From the NCBI GenBank assembly GCA_002256025.1, contig NKIB01009642.1:1-64000 (forward strand): 64,000 nucleotides of DNA, read 5' to 3'. The notes under the pieces were generated by a model. That model saw only the letters and a list, made by a program, of their open reading frames with translations, searched no databases and was not told the origin of the DNA. The stretch is from Asterionella formosa (Eukaryota). A program made the position numbers and the translations under genes. This document shows, piece by piece, positions 12,360 to 23,264 of the stretch (its first letter is position 1; every line of letters begins with the position of its first letter).

Positions 12360-13023
12360 TGCAATGATTTTCCTCGCCTTCCAATTATTTTCTCTCGTCC
12401 TTATCTCACTTTGACAGGACGAATCTAGTTTATATAAATAACGTGGTATGGAGGCAGTAGAGGCCTCTTTCGTTTCAAGAGGTGCCACAACTATCTTGTC
12501 GTCAATAATTAGAATAATGGTAACCAGGGCGTATGGATTACAAAGCTAGCAAATCATGAATTAATTTTGGACGGGAAGAAAAACAGCTCCTCTCCAGCAG
12601 CCGCATGGATTTCCTGGTCCAGCATTTCGACGACCTACAGCGGCAAGGACTACAAGCAAATAGTAGACTATCTGGTACTCCCTCAGAACGAAAATAAGTA
12701 CCGGTACCCGTAGTTGAATCGATTATCGGAACCCTCATTGCCGAGCAGCTTATTTTATCACGGATTATGTAGACTACATACCAATTTTCTACGTGAGGGT
12801 CGGCCTACTCGGAAAAATGCGTTTTTATGAGTTACAAAGACACGATCATCAACTCTGTTTTTGTAATTAAATATTTAGCATCTAAATAAATAAATCGAAA
12901 GCAATTTAACATATGTATAGTACACATTGGGTACATGTATATATCAAACAATACTAATGTGTTGATTCTTCTAATATTTTTGTATCCAGCACCAGCGCCA
13001 TCATCATTATCATTATCGTCCAA

Positions 13024-13302
13024 ATGGATGTTGACATTGACGACATGCCCATTCCTGATGGTCAGATCCTCGGCTTGATGGCAAGCAATAATGCGCGCAG
13101 CTGTGCCCATCATTGCTGTTGCGGATCAACTGTGAAAGTTGGATCAGTGGTCTTTTTTCATTGGTGTACAGTGCTGGACGAGGTCCTACAAGAACTCGAG
13201 GATGCAATCCAGGTGACAATGGACTGTGACCTCCATCCAGAAGGTCAAAGGTGCAGAGTTGGATATCTTTCCAGGAGAATTCTCATGACACATTCAAGGT
13301 GA
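13024..13302 (+). CDS. Small Cys/His-rich ORF carried by the mariner-like element (possibly decayed)
   Basis: RSCAHHCCCG...CRVGYLSR, lying between the TIRs and convergent with the transposase remnant. Confidence 0.4.
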   Translation: MDVDIDDMPIPDGQILGLMASNNARSCAHHCCCGSTVKVGSVVFFHWCTVLDEVLQELEDAIQVTMDCDLHPEGQRCRVGYLSRRILMTHSR

Positions 13303-13610
13303 CTAATTATGTTCATCGTGCTGCAGTAGTTATGATTAGTATGTTTGAGAGGATGCCCAGCCAAGAATTTGCGGGAAGGCGATGCAAACACGTCAACATC
13401 ACCATTATAATTGGATTCAAGTGCGCAGTTCCAAATACATTGTATAGTTGTTTTATCCACTTTAAACCGGCTAACCAAATATTTAACGGTTCCACGCACT
13501 AAAACGCGCTGACCATCAATTTCGTAATCTCCATCGGTCCTCTTTTGAGGTTCCGTAAACCATTATCCAACACAAGTTGACCGTCTTCTGGTGTTAGATC
13601 CTTTCTCATA
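13245..13610 (-). pseudogene. Transposase N-terminal HTH remnant
   Basis: RGTVKYLVSRFKVDKTTIQCIW...SRKF.AG resembles the N-terminus of plant/oomycete-type mariner transposases. Upstream stop codon; no DDD domain seen. Confidence 0.55.
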
Positions 13611-14589
13611 TTCTTGTTGAGAAGAGGTGGTAGCAAAAAAGGGGGATCATGCATCTTGATTTAGCTCGAGATGCGCAAGAGTGGAAATCGAAAAAGCCCT
13701 AAAACGTTTTTTTCAAATGCAGTTGCCATTTTAAATCTTTCTTTATAAAATATATTCATGATTATGAAGCTTAGAGGAGCAAGCCGGACAATAGGGCAAT
13801 TGAGCCGGAGAAAATGGTAGGAGTCAAAATGCCCCCGAGAAATTTGAAAAATCGATGCAACTATTTTCGGATAGAGGGAGTACTCTGGAGTACCTGGAGT
13901 ACCAGGTACTCAGAGCATCTTAATCATGATGGTAAAATAGTGAAGAACCGGGTTCAATTCTTCGAATAACTAAATGACTGCCGCCTATATGTACTGTTTG
14001 TACGATGATGAAAAAAGTCCCTTCACAGCCAGCATGATGTTTTGCTTTCATCTCCATGAATACCGGTATACCAGTACCGTAGTGACAGTATTAAAATGCC
14101 CCCAGTAGACAAATACCTGAGGCCTACAGGAAAATATGTGCAACACTTGGGATCAATTTTACCAATTAGGGTACAGAATGCTGTTAATAAATTGTAATAC
14201 TGCTTTCATAAATATACAATGTATGTTTGTCTCTAATCAAAGGGTTTAAATGAACATTTTCTTGTGTAGATATGAATTGAACTTGTCTAAACTACTACGA
14301 CGGTATCAGGCAACCATATTATGATTCTCGCCAATATACCTGTTCTTCCTTCTCATAAATCCATTCATCATAAGATTTGATTTTGTAACAGGTCAGCCCA
14401 AGTCAAATGGTGCAATGAACATAGCATGTTGGTCAATTTATTTCCTACTAGTACAATTGTTATTATTTCATGTGGTACTATGATTCATTTTTTTCTGAAG
14501 TGCTTCTTTTATGGCCTATAGCCGCTACTGGTGTGATTTGCTGGTTAGAATGGAATGCAGAGCGAAAACTCCCCTCCTCCACCTGACCT

Positions 14590-14901
14590 TTATTGTTCTT
14601 CATGATCATCCTTATTGTCAACTTCCTCAAGTTCACGAATAGTACAATATGCAGCTCCGGAGCCACAATAGCCATAAGTAGAGCAACACAAACCTGCTTG
14701 GGGACAAATGCTATTGCCACGTTGGCCACCACCACATGTGCCTGTCAAGCCAGCAGTGTCACACCATGGCAATCCAACTCCACAATAGCCCCAAGTGGAG
14801 CAACTTTGACCAGTTTGGGTACAAATGCCATTTCCGCATTGCCCAGATCCACAAGTACCAGCTTCCACCACCAAAGGTGATTTGATTGTCGGAAGTGACA
14901 T
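14590..14901 (-). pseudogene. Fragment with two hevein-type (CBM18) chitin-binding repeats
   Basis: [25 protein letters not shown] and [31 protein letters not shown]. No signal peptide; the first repeat lacks one Cys of the CC pair. Confidence 0.65.
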
Positions 14902-14913
14902 ACCAGTAGACTA

Positions 14914-15002
14914 GCAAGTTGCGGTCATTTTGCTTAGATCAACAAATTAATCTGGTATAAAGATAGCTAAATCTTTAGTTCAGCAAAATTACCACAACTT
15001 GC
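14914..15002. mobile_element. 89-bp MITE-like element, inverted copy of the 3611-3673 family
   Basis: Ends gcaagttgcggtcattttgct / agcaaaattaccacaacttgc. The internal agctaaatctttagttcagc matches the reverse complement of the first copy with one indel. Confidence 0.7.
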
Positions 15003-15354
15003 AAGGTACCAGTAATGATGGTCATGTCCGCCTGCCCTGCGATCGCAAGCATCAGTAAGTCGAGTCATAATCCAGTCGATAATGTTGCCTACATTCTGTG
15101 CGTATTATTCTTACGCAGCTCGCACTACACCCATACCCCCATCTACCAGTAGTGCTCCCAGGGTACCAGTACCCATCAAAACCTTTCGAAGTCTCATTGC
15201 TCTTTGCTGCAAATCCTTGAATGACTACTTAGCCAAGCAGAGCCATTTAGCAACAATATCTGGTAAGTTTCCAAATACTCCATCATTGTTGAAACAGATA
15301 AGTCAAATGAATCTTGTATGTATCTCCAAAAACACATCAGCCCAGCACCATCAG

Positions 15355-15427
15355 TCATAATCCTTTGAGTCTAGTCATGGACATGAATCAATCTTTGAGT
15401 CTAGCCATGAACATGAGTCAATCTTTA
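15355..15427. repeat. 30-nt tandem repeat, about 2.3 copies
   Basis: atcctttgagtctagtcatggacatgaatca followed by atctttgagtctagccatgaacatgagtca. Confidence 0.8.
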
Positions 15428-15867
15428 CTCCTGATATATGCACAACTTAACCAATTTATATTTCGGAGATCATACAAACAATATTCATTTGACTTATCTG
15501 TTTCAACCATCATGGACTTTGAAGAGAATCGTTCTTGAAAATTGAGTTTTCATTTCTTCATTATAAGAATTGAAAGAAGTGGTAGAGATGAACCAAGCCC
15601 ACCATCACAATGAATCAAGAGCAGCTCAACAGCAATCAACAAACAACAAGTGATCTGTTATCAACAGTCGCACAGTCAATACTTGGGCAGCAGTACAAGC
15701 TTCCTTGTTGGACCTTGCAGAGGCAATCATCGAGGAACATGCAAAAAGAAAGAATAAAAAGTCCAAGAAAGTGAACAGAACATTCGATATGAAGGACATT
15801 GCCCAGTCGGAACTTCCTGTGCTGTACCTACAACAAAAACTACTAGCAGTGGTTCTGCGAAAGGAAG

Positions 15868-15972
15868 AGGGGGGGGGGGGGGGCGCGGGGGGGGGGGGGG
15901 GGGAAAAAACAACTANNNNNNNNNNCCCCCCCCCGCCCCCCCCCCCCCCCCCGGCGCGGGGGGCGCGCCCCC
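15868..15972. other. Scaffold gap (10 N) flanked by poly-G and poly-C low-quality sequence
   Basis: N run at 15916-15925 with homopolymer flanks. Confidence 0.9.
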
Positions 15973-16292
15973 ACAGGATGGTGTTATCAGTACAAAACTA
16001 CATAAGAAAAGCTTCTCTATATATCAGCAGACAAGGCACCCACAAAAGCATGACAAGGGGTACTGGTACCTTAAAATTTACAGTGGAGGAATAAGGCGAG
16101 GATTACTAGCATACAGGGGAAGTACTAGAGTACATGAGCATGCCAAGACATATATCCTTGCCAATATTTGGTAGTTGATTGAAACGTGGAAACATATGCA
16201 GGGGAGGGTTCCAGTTTCAGGGGAAGTACAGCAACTGTACCTCATCAACAACATCTTAAAATGAGCGAACCCCAGACCACTGCACATTTGAG

Positions 16293-18200
16293 TTACGCCC
16301 GTTGGCCCATAAGACTCCATGTTCTGGCTTCTGTAACCTTGACAGTCACCAGTTCACCGCTTAGTTCTTCTAAGTTTCCATCAAAAAATACTTGCCTTCC
16401 TTGTCGCGTTCGTCCTTGAACTTGCCGAGGATTTCGGGGATTCCCACCTTCGACCAAGACTTCCACAGTCCTTCCAACGTACCTCATAGATCGCTCCATG
16501 CCATGCTCGTTTGCTAGTTTTTGAACCATTTGAAGTCGAGCTGACTTGATGTCTTCTGGTACTTGGTCCTCCCACGTGGATGCTTCCGTGTTTGGTCGTG
16601 GAGAGTAGGCAAAGGTATTTAGATTGTCAAACTTGACCGCATTCATGAGGTCTAGCGTTCGTTGAAAGGCTTCGTCAGTTTCACCAGGAAACCCCACAAT
16701 GACATCTCCGCATATTGCAGCATCTGGGGATTTTTCTTTTATCTTGTCAATAATGCGCATGTAGGAATCAAAAGTATAGCCTCGTCTCATTCTTCGGAGG
16801 ACTTCGTCATCTCCAGCCTGAAAGGGAACATGGAAGCATTCACAAACCTTATCCAGATCGGCCACTGCGTCAATTACCCGATCTGAAAAGTATCTAGGAT
16901 GAGACGTGACATAACGAATTCTCAGTTTGGAAGGAAGGTTAGCATTGAGATAGTGAAGCAAATCGGCAAAGTTGCGTTTGGGGGTCATATCACGCCCATA
17001 TGCATCTATGTTCTGTCCCAATAAAGTGATTTCTTTGTATCCATCGCTAGCAAGATCCATGCACTCCTTCAGAAGGGCTTCCATTGTTCTAGATTGCTCC
17101 ATTCCTCTCACCGCAGGAACAACGCAATATGTACAATGCTCATTGCATCCATAAATAACATTTACCCAAGCCTTGAAAGGATGATCTCGGATTGGCTTTG
17201 AAAAATCTTCATGATGAATCATGGGTGCAGTGGCAACTACTTGGTGGCCCCATTCTACACTCTCGAGTACATTTTGCAAGTGAGGCACATATTGAGGTCC
17301 CAGCACCACATCAATCTCAGGAACGCGTCGAAGCAGTGCTTCTCCTTCTTGTTGCGCTACACAACCAGTGACAATGAGTGCCAGTTGTTGTCCGTTCCGT
17401 TTTTTGGCGGCAAAGGGTCCCAATGCATCATACAGTTTTTGTTCAGCATGATCACGAATAGTGCACGTATTAAAAATCACTACATCCGCGTCCTTGGGGT
17501 TTGTCGATGGCGTAAGGCCTAGTTTGTGCTCCAAAACACCAGCCAACCTCTCGCTGTCTGCCGCATTCATCTGACAGCCCGCCGTTTGAATCAAATAAGT
17601 TTTATTTCCATCTTTCAAAGTGGGAAATGTGGGCATGACGCCTTGTCCCTTGAGCTTGCCTCTCGTAATCAGTGCATTCTTCCCGGAGTGCGAGCCAACC
17701 CGTTCTCTTGAAGGGTCGTCCAGATTCACACGATGCAATACGGAAAGCTCTTCCACCTTGATGATATGAAATTGGTTGGAAATATTAGACTCTAGAATGT
17801 GTATATCGCCAGACTTTGGCGACATATCAAAGAGTGCTCTTTGTAAGTCCAAGGGGAGAATCAGAGTTGTTGCATCTTGCTCTGATACGTCAGTGTCCAG
17901 CCATCCCACCCTTCCGCCTTCTTCACGTGTATGAGGACAAGCGCTCAGCACGGATGCAATATTTCCAAAAGGGTCTTCCTCCTGCGATTCCAAATACTGT
18001 TGAACAACTAGTTGGGCCATGGCTCTTGTTTCTACTACAATATGGCGGACAAAGGCCGATTCGACCACTTTGGTGTAATCAACCTCTTCTTGGATACGAC
18101 GAGGAAACCACGTCGTTTCTTTTGGTAATGTAGTAGTCAAAGCCACGCACACTTGCAGGAGCGAAAGCGTGATGACCAGAAAGGACGTCGCTCTTGACAT
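16293..18200 (-). CDS. miaB: tRNA methylthiotransferase MiaB with N-terminal signal peptide and parvulin (PpiC-like) domain
   Basis: TAGCQMN..DSE, NTCTIR, GCVAQ, GCNEHCTYC radical SAM motif, IVGFPGET, YSPRPNT and a TRAM domain. N-terminal VRHIVVET..SACP..GGRVGW..FHIIKV. Start may be 18200, 18216 or 18219. Confidence 0.92.
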   Translation of the reverse strand: MSRATSFLVITLSLLQVCVALTTTLPKETTWFPRRIQEEVDYTKVVESAFVRHIVVETRAMAQLVVQQYLESQEEDPFGNIASVLSACPHTREEGGRVGWLDTDVSEQDATTLILPLDLQRALFDMSPKSGDIHILESNISNQFHIIKVEELSVLHRVNLDDPSRERVGSHSGKNALITRGKLKGQGVMPTFPTLKDGNKTYLIQTAGCQMNAADSERLAGVLEHKLGLTPSTNPKDADVVIFNTCTIRDHAEQKLYDALGPFAAKKRNGQQLALIVTGCVAQQEGEALLRRVPEIDVVLGPQYVPHLQNVLESVEWGHQVVATAPMIHHEDFSKPIRDHPFKAWVNVIYGCNEHCTYCVVPAVRGMEQSRTMEALLKECMDLASDGYKEITLLGQNIDAYGRDMTPKRNFADLLHYLNANLPSKLRIRYVTSHPRYFSDRVIDAVADLDKVCECFHVPFQAGDDEVLRRMRRGYTFDSYMRIIDKIKEKSPDAAICGDVIVGFPGETDEAFQRTLDLMNAVKFDNLNTFAYSPRPNTEASTWEDQVPEDIKSARLQMVQKLANEHGMERSMRYVGRTVEVLVEGGNPRNPRQVQGRTRQGRQVFFDGNLEELSGELVTVKVTEARTWSLMGQRA

Positions 18201-18783
18201 TGCGGCAGTATCCATCATGATGGCTGCCAACAAAATAAGTACCGCTACATCAAAATAAAATCAATACCAGGTACTAAAATTTTATCACAACCTTTCGAGC
18301 ACAAACACCGGATGTGGTAGCAAAAGAACTACCAGGTACCACAACCCCGTAGACTACCAATTGTACCTGGTACCGTACGATATACTGGTAGATAGAAATG
18401 CATCGGTATACACCAGGGTTACCAGATACCATTGCTTGCGCGCCCATGATCACAGGTCTACCATACATATTTCTTACCGATAGGCGGAAAATAGCCGCGC
18501 CATTATAACATCGGAGCTCCCTCCACTATGTACCAGGGGGGTAAATTTAACGGTATACCGGTATGTACTGCCGGCATACGTGATAGCGTGATAGCTATAT
18601 CAACACGGACTCTCAGCTATAAAAAGTACCAGGAGTACCAAGTATTAGCCAAAGCAACTTTGGCCACATGGCGGCGCCGATCACTTTTGTCACTGCACTG
18701 CGAGGATCTCCATTTTCATTAAGTTGACGTCATTGTTCACTCTTTCCCCTTCGCCGGTCCCTGGAATTTCTACTAATTTAACA

Positions 18784-21700
18784 ATGGCAGAATTAGATGC
18801 CAAAAGATTTCATGAACGCTTAGAGAAGTTTCATGCGAGTCTGTTGAAGCACAGGTAAGCAAAGCTCACGTTGACAGGTGTGACAGTGCCATGGACCGTA
18901 CCCCTCTCATGGAATCGGACTGGCGCAATCCCGTGTCCCGGCTAGTTTGCTCACGCCGCCTGTCTCACAGGACCTTGTGGTCGAATGCCACCGCGGTTTC
19001 GATTCATCGCGGTCCGGTGGTGGAAGACGAACCATACCTGAAATCTGTCATCTTCCACGAGTACCTATTTGGATACGAGCTTTCGGATACTGTCGTGCTT
19101 CTCACGCTGGACGGCGATCTCTACATTCTCACCACCAAAAAGAAGTGTGAATTCCTCGAGGGTGTCTCCAAGATTCCAAAGGGGTCATCCATAAAGGCCG
19201 TTCACCTTCTTCAAAAAAATAAGGCCGATGACTATGCAGACAACTTTGAAACTCTTCTTCAAGCTATCCATGCAACGGATGAGAAAAAAAGCTCTATCGG
19301 ATGTCTTACCAAGGAAGCAGAGATCAACTCATCTGGGATGGTTGCGGCATTTGAAGCCAAACTTAAGGAATCAGAGGACTTTGAAATAGTTGACACTGGG
19401 CCAGGTCTTTCCTTTGTCATGGCCATAAAGGACGAAGAGGAATTAGATCTCATTAAAAAGTCATCTGTTCTCAGCAACAAGGTTATGAAACATGGGTGCG
19501 TGGCGCGTCTGGAAGAGATTATTGACGGGGAAGAAAAGATTTCGCATGAAAAATTAAGCACATATATTGATGAGATCCTAGAGGACCCCTCCAAGATTAA
19601 ACTCAAGGTACCCAAAGACGACGTCTCTGCGTGCTACTTTCCTATCGTGCAATCTGGAGGGTATTATGATATTAAAGTATCTGCAGCTTCCAACTCAGAT
19701 GATCTCAAATATGATATTGTTATCGTTTCCCTGGGTGCGCGATACAGGAGTTACTGCTCCAACATTGCGCGGACATTCCTGGTGGATCCGCCCAAGAAAG
19801 TCAGCGAAACATACGAGCACCTCTTGGGTATGCAAGAAGCTTGCATTCTGGCCATGAAGCCAGGAAAACCTCTCAAAAATGTGTATAAAGCTGCGGTAAT
19901 CTACCTTCAGGAAAATGATGCTAGTCATCTCATTGCTCACCTGCCAAAGACTTTAGGGTTCTCGATCGGAATGGACTTTCGTGATGGGAATTTAACACTC
20001 AGCCCCAAGAATGGTGCTAGTTTCAAGGCGGGCATGACATTTTCGCTAGCATGTGGATTTCAAAATTTGATTCTCACTGATAAAGACAAATCTTCTACTC
20101 CAAAGCAGAGCGCGGTAAGTTTCGCGTCCTCGGATAGAAATTTTTGTTCATGGTACTGATTCTTTTGGTCCCTTGACTTCCTCTCACCATATTTGCATCA
20201 TTTTTTAGGTCAAATCTCTGGAAACTTATGCTCTTCTTTTGGCTGACATGGTTACCATTACAAAGGATGGTGGAGACGTTTTGACGAAGATGGCAAAGAA
20301 TGTGACAGATATTTCGTACACCATCAATGAAGATGAAGATAGCGGCGACGATGAGGAGGACGAGGATGACGAAACTCCTGGTGCACCAGAGGGGGACGCT
20401 GCTTTAGCTCGACGCATTGCAAAGGAATCAAGCGGCCAACGTGCTTCTGCTCGGCTAGCAAAGGATTCTGATGCCCAAGTGGAAGTTCAAGATAGTATCG
20501 TTGAGCGAGAACGCAAACAAATTGCACTTATGACTCGTCGCAATGAAGATCGTCTGCGCGAGCTTGCACGAGCAAATGCAAAGAATAGGGGAAAAGGTAA
20601 TGAATCAGACAAGCCAGAGGAACTAGAAGCTTACAGGAGAACCCGCGAATACCCAGATAATACTTTGCCGAATCAAGTCAAGGTTGATATGGCAAACCAA
20701 TGCGTTATTCTACCAATTTGTGGAAATCCTGTTCCGTTTCATATATCTACCATCAAGAACGTCGTTTTGCCGGATCCTGATAACGCTACATATCTTCGGA
20801 TCAACTTCTATACAGCTGGCATGGCGGTTGGTAAGGATGCGCCTACAAACACTGCCAAATTGGTTTCCAAGTATGCCCATTATGCTAGCTTCATCCGTGA
20901 GCTTACGTTCAGGTCGCTTGATAGCCACAACTTGACCCAAGCGTTCCGAATGATTTCCGAATTGCGCAAGCGTGAGAAGCAAAAAGAGCTACGTGCTCAA
21001 GAGGAGGCGGATCTTGTCGAACAGGAGAAGCTTATTCGTACCAAGAACGAACGTGTTCCTCGATTATCAGACTTGACCATGCGGCCTGTTTTTGCTGGTC
21101 GAAAGACCCAGGGTAACCTTGAAGCTCATTCGAATGGTCTGCGATTCATTTCGACTCGTTCCGAAGTCGTCGATATAATGTACAGCAATATCAAGTACGC
21201 TATTTTCCAGCCATGTGAGAACGAAATTATGGTTTTGATTCATTTCCATTTAAAGAATCCCATCATGATCGGAAAAAAGAGGCAAAAAGATGTCCAATTC
21301 TTCACGGAAGTGGTAGACGCAAGTCAGACTGTAGATGCCGGTAGGCGCAGTATGTACGATCCAGATGAAATGGACGACGAGCAACGCGAACGGCAACTTC
21401 GTAAACGATTGAACCAAGCTTTCAAAGATTTCTGTAAGAAGGTTGACGCAGTAGCTAAGAAGAACAGCTACGAGGTGGAATTCGATATTCCGTATAGGGA
21501 TCTTGGCTTCACTGGAAATCCCCACAAGGAAATGGTTTTCATCCAGCCAACTCTCAATTGTCTGATGAACTTGACAGAGACTCCTTTTTTTGTTGTTGAC
21601 CTGTCAGAAGTTGACCATGTTCATTTTGAGCGTGTCACCTACATGAGTAAGGCATTTGATTGTGTGCTGATCAACAAAGATTTTACCAAGCAACCCTGGA

Positions 21701-22301
21701 GAATCGACATGATCGACAATAATGACAAAGATGCCATCCAAGAATGGTTGACCGACATGGAAATAACATACACCCAAGGTCCTATGAACCTGAATTGGAA
21801 GCAGATAATGCAAACCATCGCACAGGATGATAGATTTTACATGAATACAGAAGAGGATGAAGTGACCGAAAAAGAAGCCGGCTGGGAATTTCTTCGTTTG
21901 TACGGACGCGAAGATGAAGAGGACGAGGATGAGGTAAGTGCCTATAGTAATGTTGAAATTATCAATCTAGGTTGTTTTTGTTGTTAATTTCCGCTTAAAT
22001 GTTTCAGGACGAAGATGATTCCGAGTTTGGCGAGGAACCTGAAGATGACGAAGAAGATTCAGAAGAGAGTGGAGACGAAGAAGAAGGCTTTGATTCCGAG
22101 GAGGATGACGAATCGGACTTTGACGCTGACGAAGAATTGGAAGAGGAAGGCCTCGACTGGGATGAAATGGAGAAACAGGCGATTGCCGAGGACAAGCGCC
22201 GTGGAAGAGAGGGCGAGCCACCGGTTGAAGAACCTCGAAAAAAACCAAAGCGAGGAAATCAACAACAGAGCCGGCAGCAACAGAACAAGCGAAGACGTTA
22301 A
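18784..22301 (+). CDS. SPT16: FACT complex subunit SPT16, 4 exons (18784-18854, 18971-20114, 20209-21933, 22008-22301)
   Basis: YLFGYE, PIVQSGG, GARYRSYCSNIART, VPFHISTIKN, LEAHSNGLRF, FERV and an acidic tail with GLDWDEME. Three GTAAG...AG introns restore the frame. Confidence 0.97.
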
Positions 22302-22374
22302 TGTAGCAGCACAATATAACCGGGCAGGGATAAGAATACAAGGAGACACAATACTTCTATTTTACTGAAATGCT

Positions 22375-23264
22375 CTATCCAGATATTGATACATTGATTG
22401 GCCCAGTACCTGGTTTCTTTGGGTATGGATCGAGTTTGAGCCAAAAAAGTTGCGCAACCAGTTCACCAATATCGAGAGTTCCATCCTTGGAGAAAATTGC
22501 TTCATCCTCCATTACATCATCTTCGACATCAAAATCTTGCAGAAGCATCTGAAGCTCCATCATATCCATTTCATTGATGTTGCGGTCTGGAGTTTTGACT
22601 TTCTTCTGCTTTCTTGGGCTTGGACTGTTCTTCTTGACGTAACTATCCAGCTCCGACAAATCTTCAGTCTCGCCCTTGCCTTTAATGAAGAATTCAAGAG
22701 GCCTAACAATGGCGAAGAGAGGAAATTCCACGTCTACATCAAACTTTTCTCCAGTTCGCACGCAAGTTTGTGTTACTCTGGCCACCACTGTTCCTTCCAC
22801 ATGGACCCCTGTAACTAAATATGTACAATATCACAATGAATGAACGGTGGTCAGGGAAAAACTCAGCGGACAAAAGCTTGACACACAGCTAGGCTAGAAA
22901 TTCACTTACCTTTAGTAGAACCTCCCAGTCTTCCTTCTTTACGTAACATCAGATCCGCTTTGAGCTTGTCAATATTGAATAGCTCGAATCGATTGGCAAG
23001 CCCATTTCTCTCTTCCTCTTTTGCTTCAATACTGGTTCTGAAATCTCTCTGTCGGGGCCCACCTCCCAATATAGATTCGACATTATACTTTCTAGAAAAT
23101 TCATTGGGTGGTCGGAAAACATTACCAGGCCCTTGTGCATACAACTCAATAGACAATGCAGTATGTGATGCTCCGTGATGGAACGGTGACCGAGTGGGTG
23201 CTATGAAGGCAGCTGTTGACGAGAATGACACCAACGAGAGGAAAACAATTGACTCAGTTCTCAT
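22375..23264 (-). CDS. DUF177/YceD-like protein, probably plastid-targeted, 2 exons (23264-22910, 22808-22375)
   Basis: Leader STAAFIAP; motifs NEFSR, VTQTCVRT and LDIGELVAQLFWLKLDPYPKKPG. Intron 22909-22809. Confidence 0.85.

Larger units (their letters stand above)
12678..13880. mobile_element. Deleted Tc1/mariner element with Stowaway-like CTCCCTC ends and TA flanks
   Basis: Left end TA|CTCCCTCAGAACGAAAATA..GTTGAATCGATT; right end reverse complement TA|CTCCCTCTATCCGAAAATAGTTGCATCGATT. Internal HTH remnant on the minus strand. Confidence 0.8.

Noticed and set aside
15705..16094. Gly/Pro-rich ORF, or a G-quadruplex / inverted G-C structure
   Set aside because: It spans the N gap; the homopolymers are most likely read-end artefacts.
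3983..18200. Functional cluster of sulfur-inserting radical SAM enzymes (LIAS and MiaB)
   Set aside because: They are 11 kb apart, separated by unrelated genes and a scaffold gap, and probably target different organelles.
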